DNA from: Hormiphora californensis
Taxonomy: Eukaryota > Animalia > Ctenophora
Length of the DNA stretch: 64,000 nt
NCBI GenBank assembly: GCA_020137815.1
Contig: CM035362.1
Coordinates: forward strand, 6,138,001 to 6,202,000
Direction of reading: 5' to 3'
Position 1 is the stretch's first letter. Each line of letters begins with the position of its first letter. The notes below the pieces were generated by a model. That model worked only from the letters and a program-made list of their open reading frames with translations. It had not been told where the DNA came from and did no database searches. The translations under genes and the position numbers were made by a program. Of this stretch, positions 62,710 through 64,000 are shown piece after piece.

Positions 62710-63485
62710 ACCGCCCCTCTCTCCTGACACCCCCACCCTACCCACCACAGGCCCACGCCCCTCTCTCCTGACACCCCCACCCTACCCACCACAGGCCCAC
62801 GCCCCTCTCTCCTGACACCCCCACCCTACCCACCACAGGCCCACGCCCCTCTCTCCTGACACGCAAAACCCTTTCCCCCGAGCATCCCGGTAAATCGGGG
62901 TCCGACTGTATGTAGAATTCAATTTCTAATCCGTTTTGAGAGATCCCTTGGCCTTTTATATTTGTAGTTGGTACGGTATAACTAGTTATATACAACTATA
63001 TACTATGTACTAGTAGAAAGGTTGGAATCTCATTATAACTATGAGATTCCAACCTATCTACATACTAGTAGAATACTACATCAGATCCATCTAAAATGAA
63101 TAAAATATTCCAAAAAGAGGGTTTCGTGTGGCTCTACGGTCTACCACCAAGTACAGTATCTGTCTCGTGACACCGCCCCTCTCTCCTGACCACCCCCACC
63201 CTACCCACCACAGGCCCACGCCCCTCTCTCCTGACACCCCCACCCTACCCACCACAGGCCCACGCCCCTCTCTCCTGACACCCCCACCCTACCCACCACA
63301 GGCCCACGCCCCTCTCTCCTGACACCCCCACCCTACCCACCACAGGCCCACGCCCCTCTCTCCTGACACCCCCACCCTACCCACCACAGGCCCACGCCCC
63401 TCTCTCCTGACACCCCCACCCTACCCACCACAGGCCCACGCCCCTCTCTCCTGACACCCCCACCCTACCCACCCCACCCCCTCTC
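62710..63485. repeat. C-rich ~43-bp minisatellite in two blocks (62710-62862, 63170-63485)
   Basis: CCCCTCTCTCCTGACACCCCCACCCTACCCACCACAGGCCCACG repeated. Confidence 0.9.
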
Positions 63486-64000
63486 TCATGACCCCTCTTC
63501 CACCCACATATTCGGTATTTCGGCCGGTTCCATAATCTAGTATACAGCCGCATATGGTCCGGTGTGGCACGCAGTCTTTATACTCTCTCTCTCTGGTATA
63601 CAATTAGTTTCTACACACTACCAGCTACCTATAATAATACAATGGACCTCATGAAACACAGAGCCTCCCCCCTCAGCCCTCGTCCCTCTTCCCCCTCTCC
63701 TTCCCCCCTCTTCCCCCATGCTTCATACCATATTCGGAAGTCCACTGTCCAAGAAGCTATCATGGGGTGTGGTACGCAGTCTTTCTGGTACAATTGTAGT
63801 TTCTACAGCTCGATAAACCACTCGACTCTTGACTTGCCACTATGTGGCAACTTCACAATGTATTGCTACCCTGCTACAACATGAGATAGTGGGCACTAAG
63901 CTATAATAGCATGGATCGGCACATGCTGATCGCGACACACAGCTGGAGAGCTCAAATTTCAAGCCTACATTCAATGAGACTCGTATAGCCCAGTCCCTTC

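Noticed and set aside
60710-64000. Possible exons (60710-60871, 61873-61921, ~63730-63880)
   Set aside because: Short, no recognisable domain, and no consistent gene model could be built.

Overview
Repeat-rich animal genomic DNA with spliceosomal introns. It is probably from a ctenophore; this is an inference from the PWDLE..PLQIKTDS...KIWTITKT...DTASDFYR domain family and is not proven. The backbone is a minus-strand tandem cluster of cassettes, each made of a signal-peptide exon, a ~139-codon beta-rich domain exon and a sushi/CCP exon (units at ~11.6-12.3, 14.5-15.1, 28.2-29.4, 34.8-36.0 and 56.8-57.9 kb, plus a promoter-only relic at ~30.8 kb). Only the 29-kb unit visibly continues in frame into a 7-exon, 729-aa type I membrane receptor (sushi-sushi-SRCR-SRCR-like-Cys-rich-TM-Tyr tail). 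The beta-domain is hypervariable at alternating residues between copies. The cluster is heavily invaded by nested mobile elements. The most notable is a 3.5-kb mini-Polinton/Maverick-like element (AGTAGT termini, ~580-bp TIRs, 6-bp TSD) carrying three intronless TATA-driven ORFs but no polymerase, integrase or capsid; it sits inside a 13-kb pol-less LTR element. Also present are a gag-only Gypsy-like LTR element, GAGGG-ended MITEs with ANT TSDs, Tc1/mariner MITEs, piggyBac-like foldbacks, RTE and CRE LINE fragments, and a 163-bp satellite. Bases 1-8859, left of a 100-N gap, are low-accuracy sequence containing a noisy inverted copy of the receptor's 3' half, so single-base frameshifts anywhere in the window may be consensus errors. 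All homology calls are from motif recognition by eye; no searches were run.
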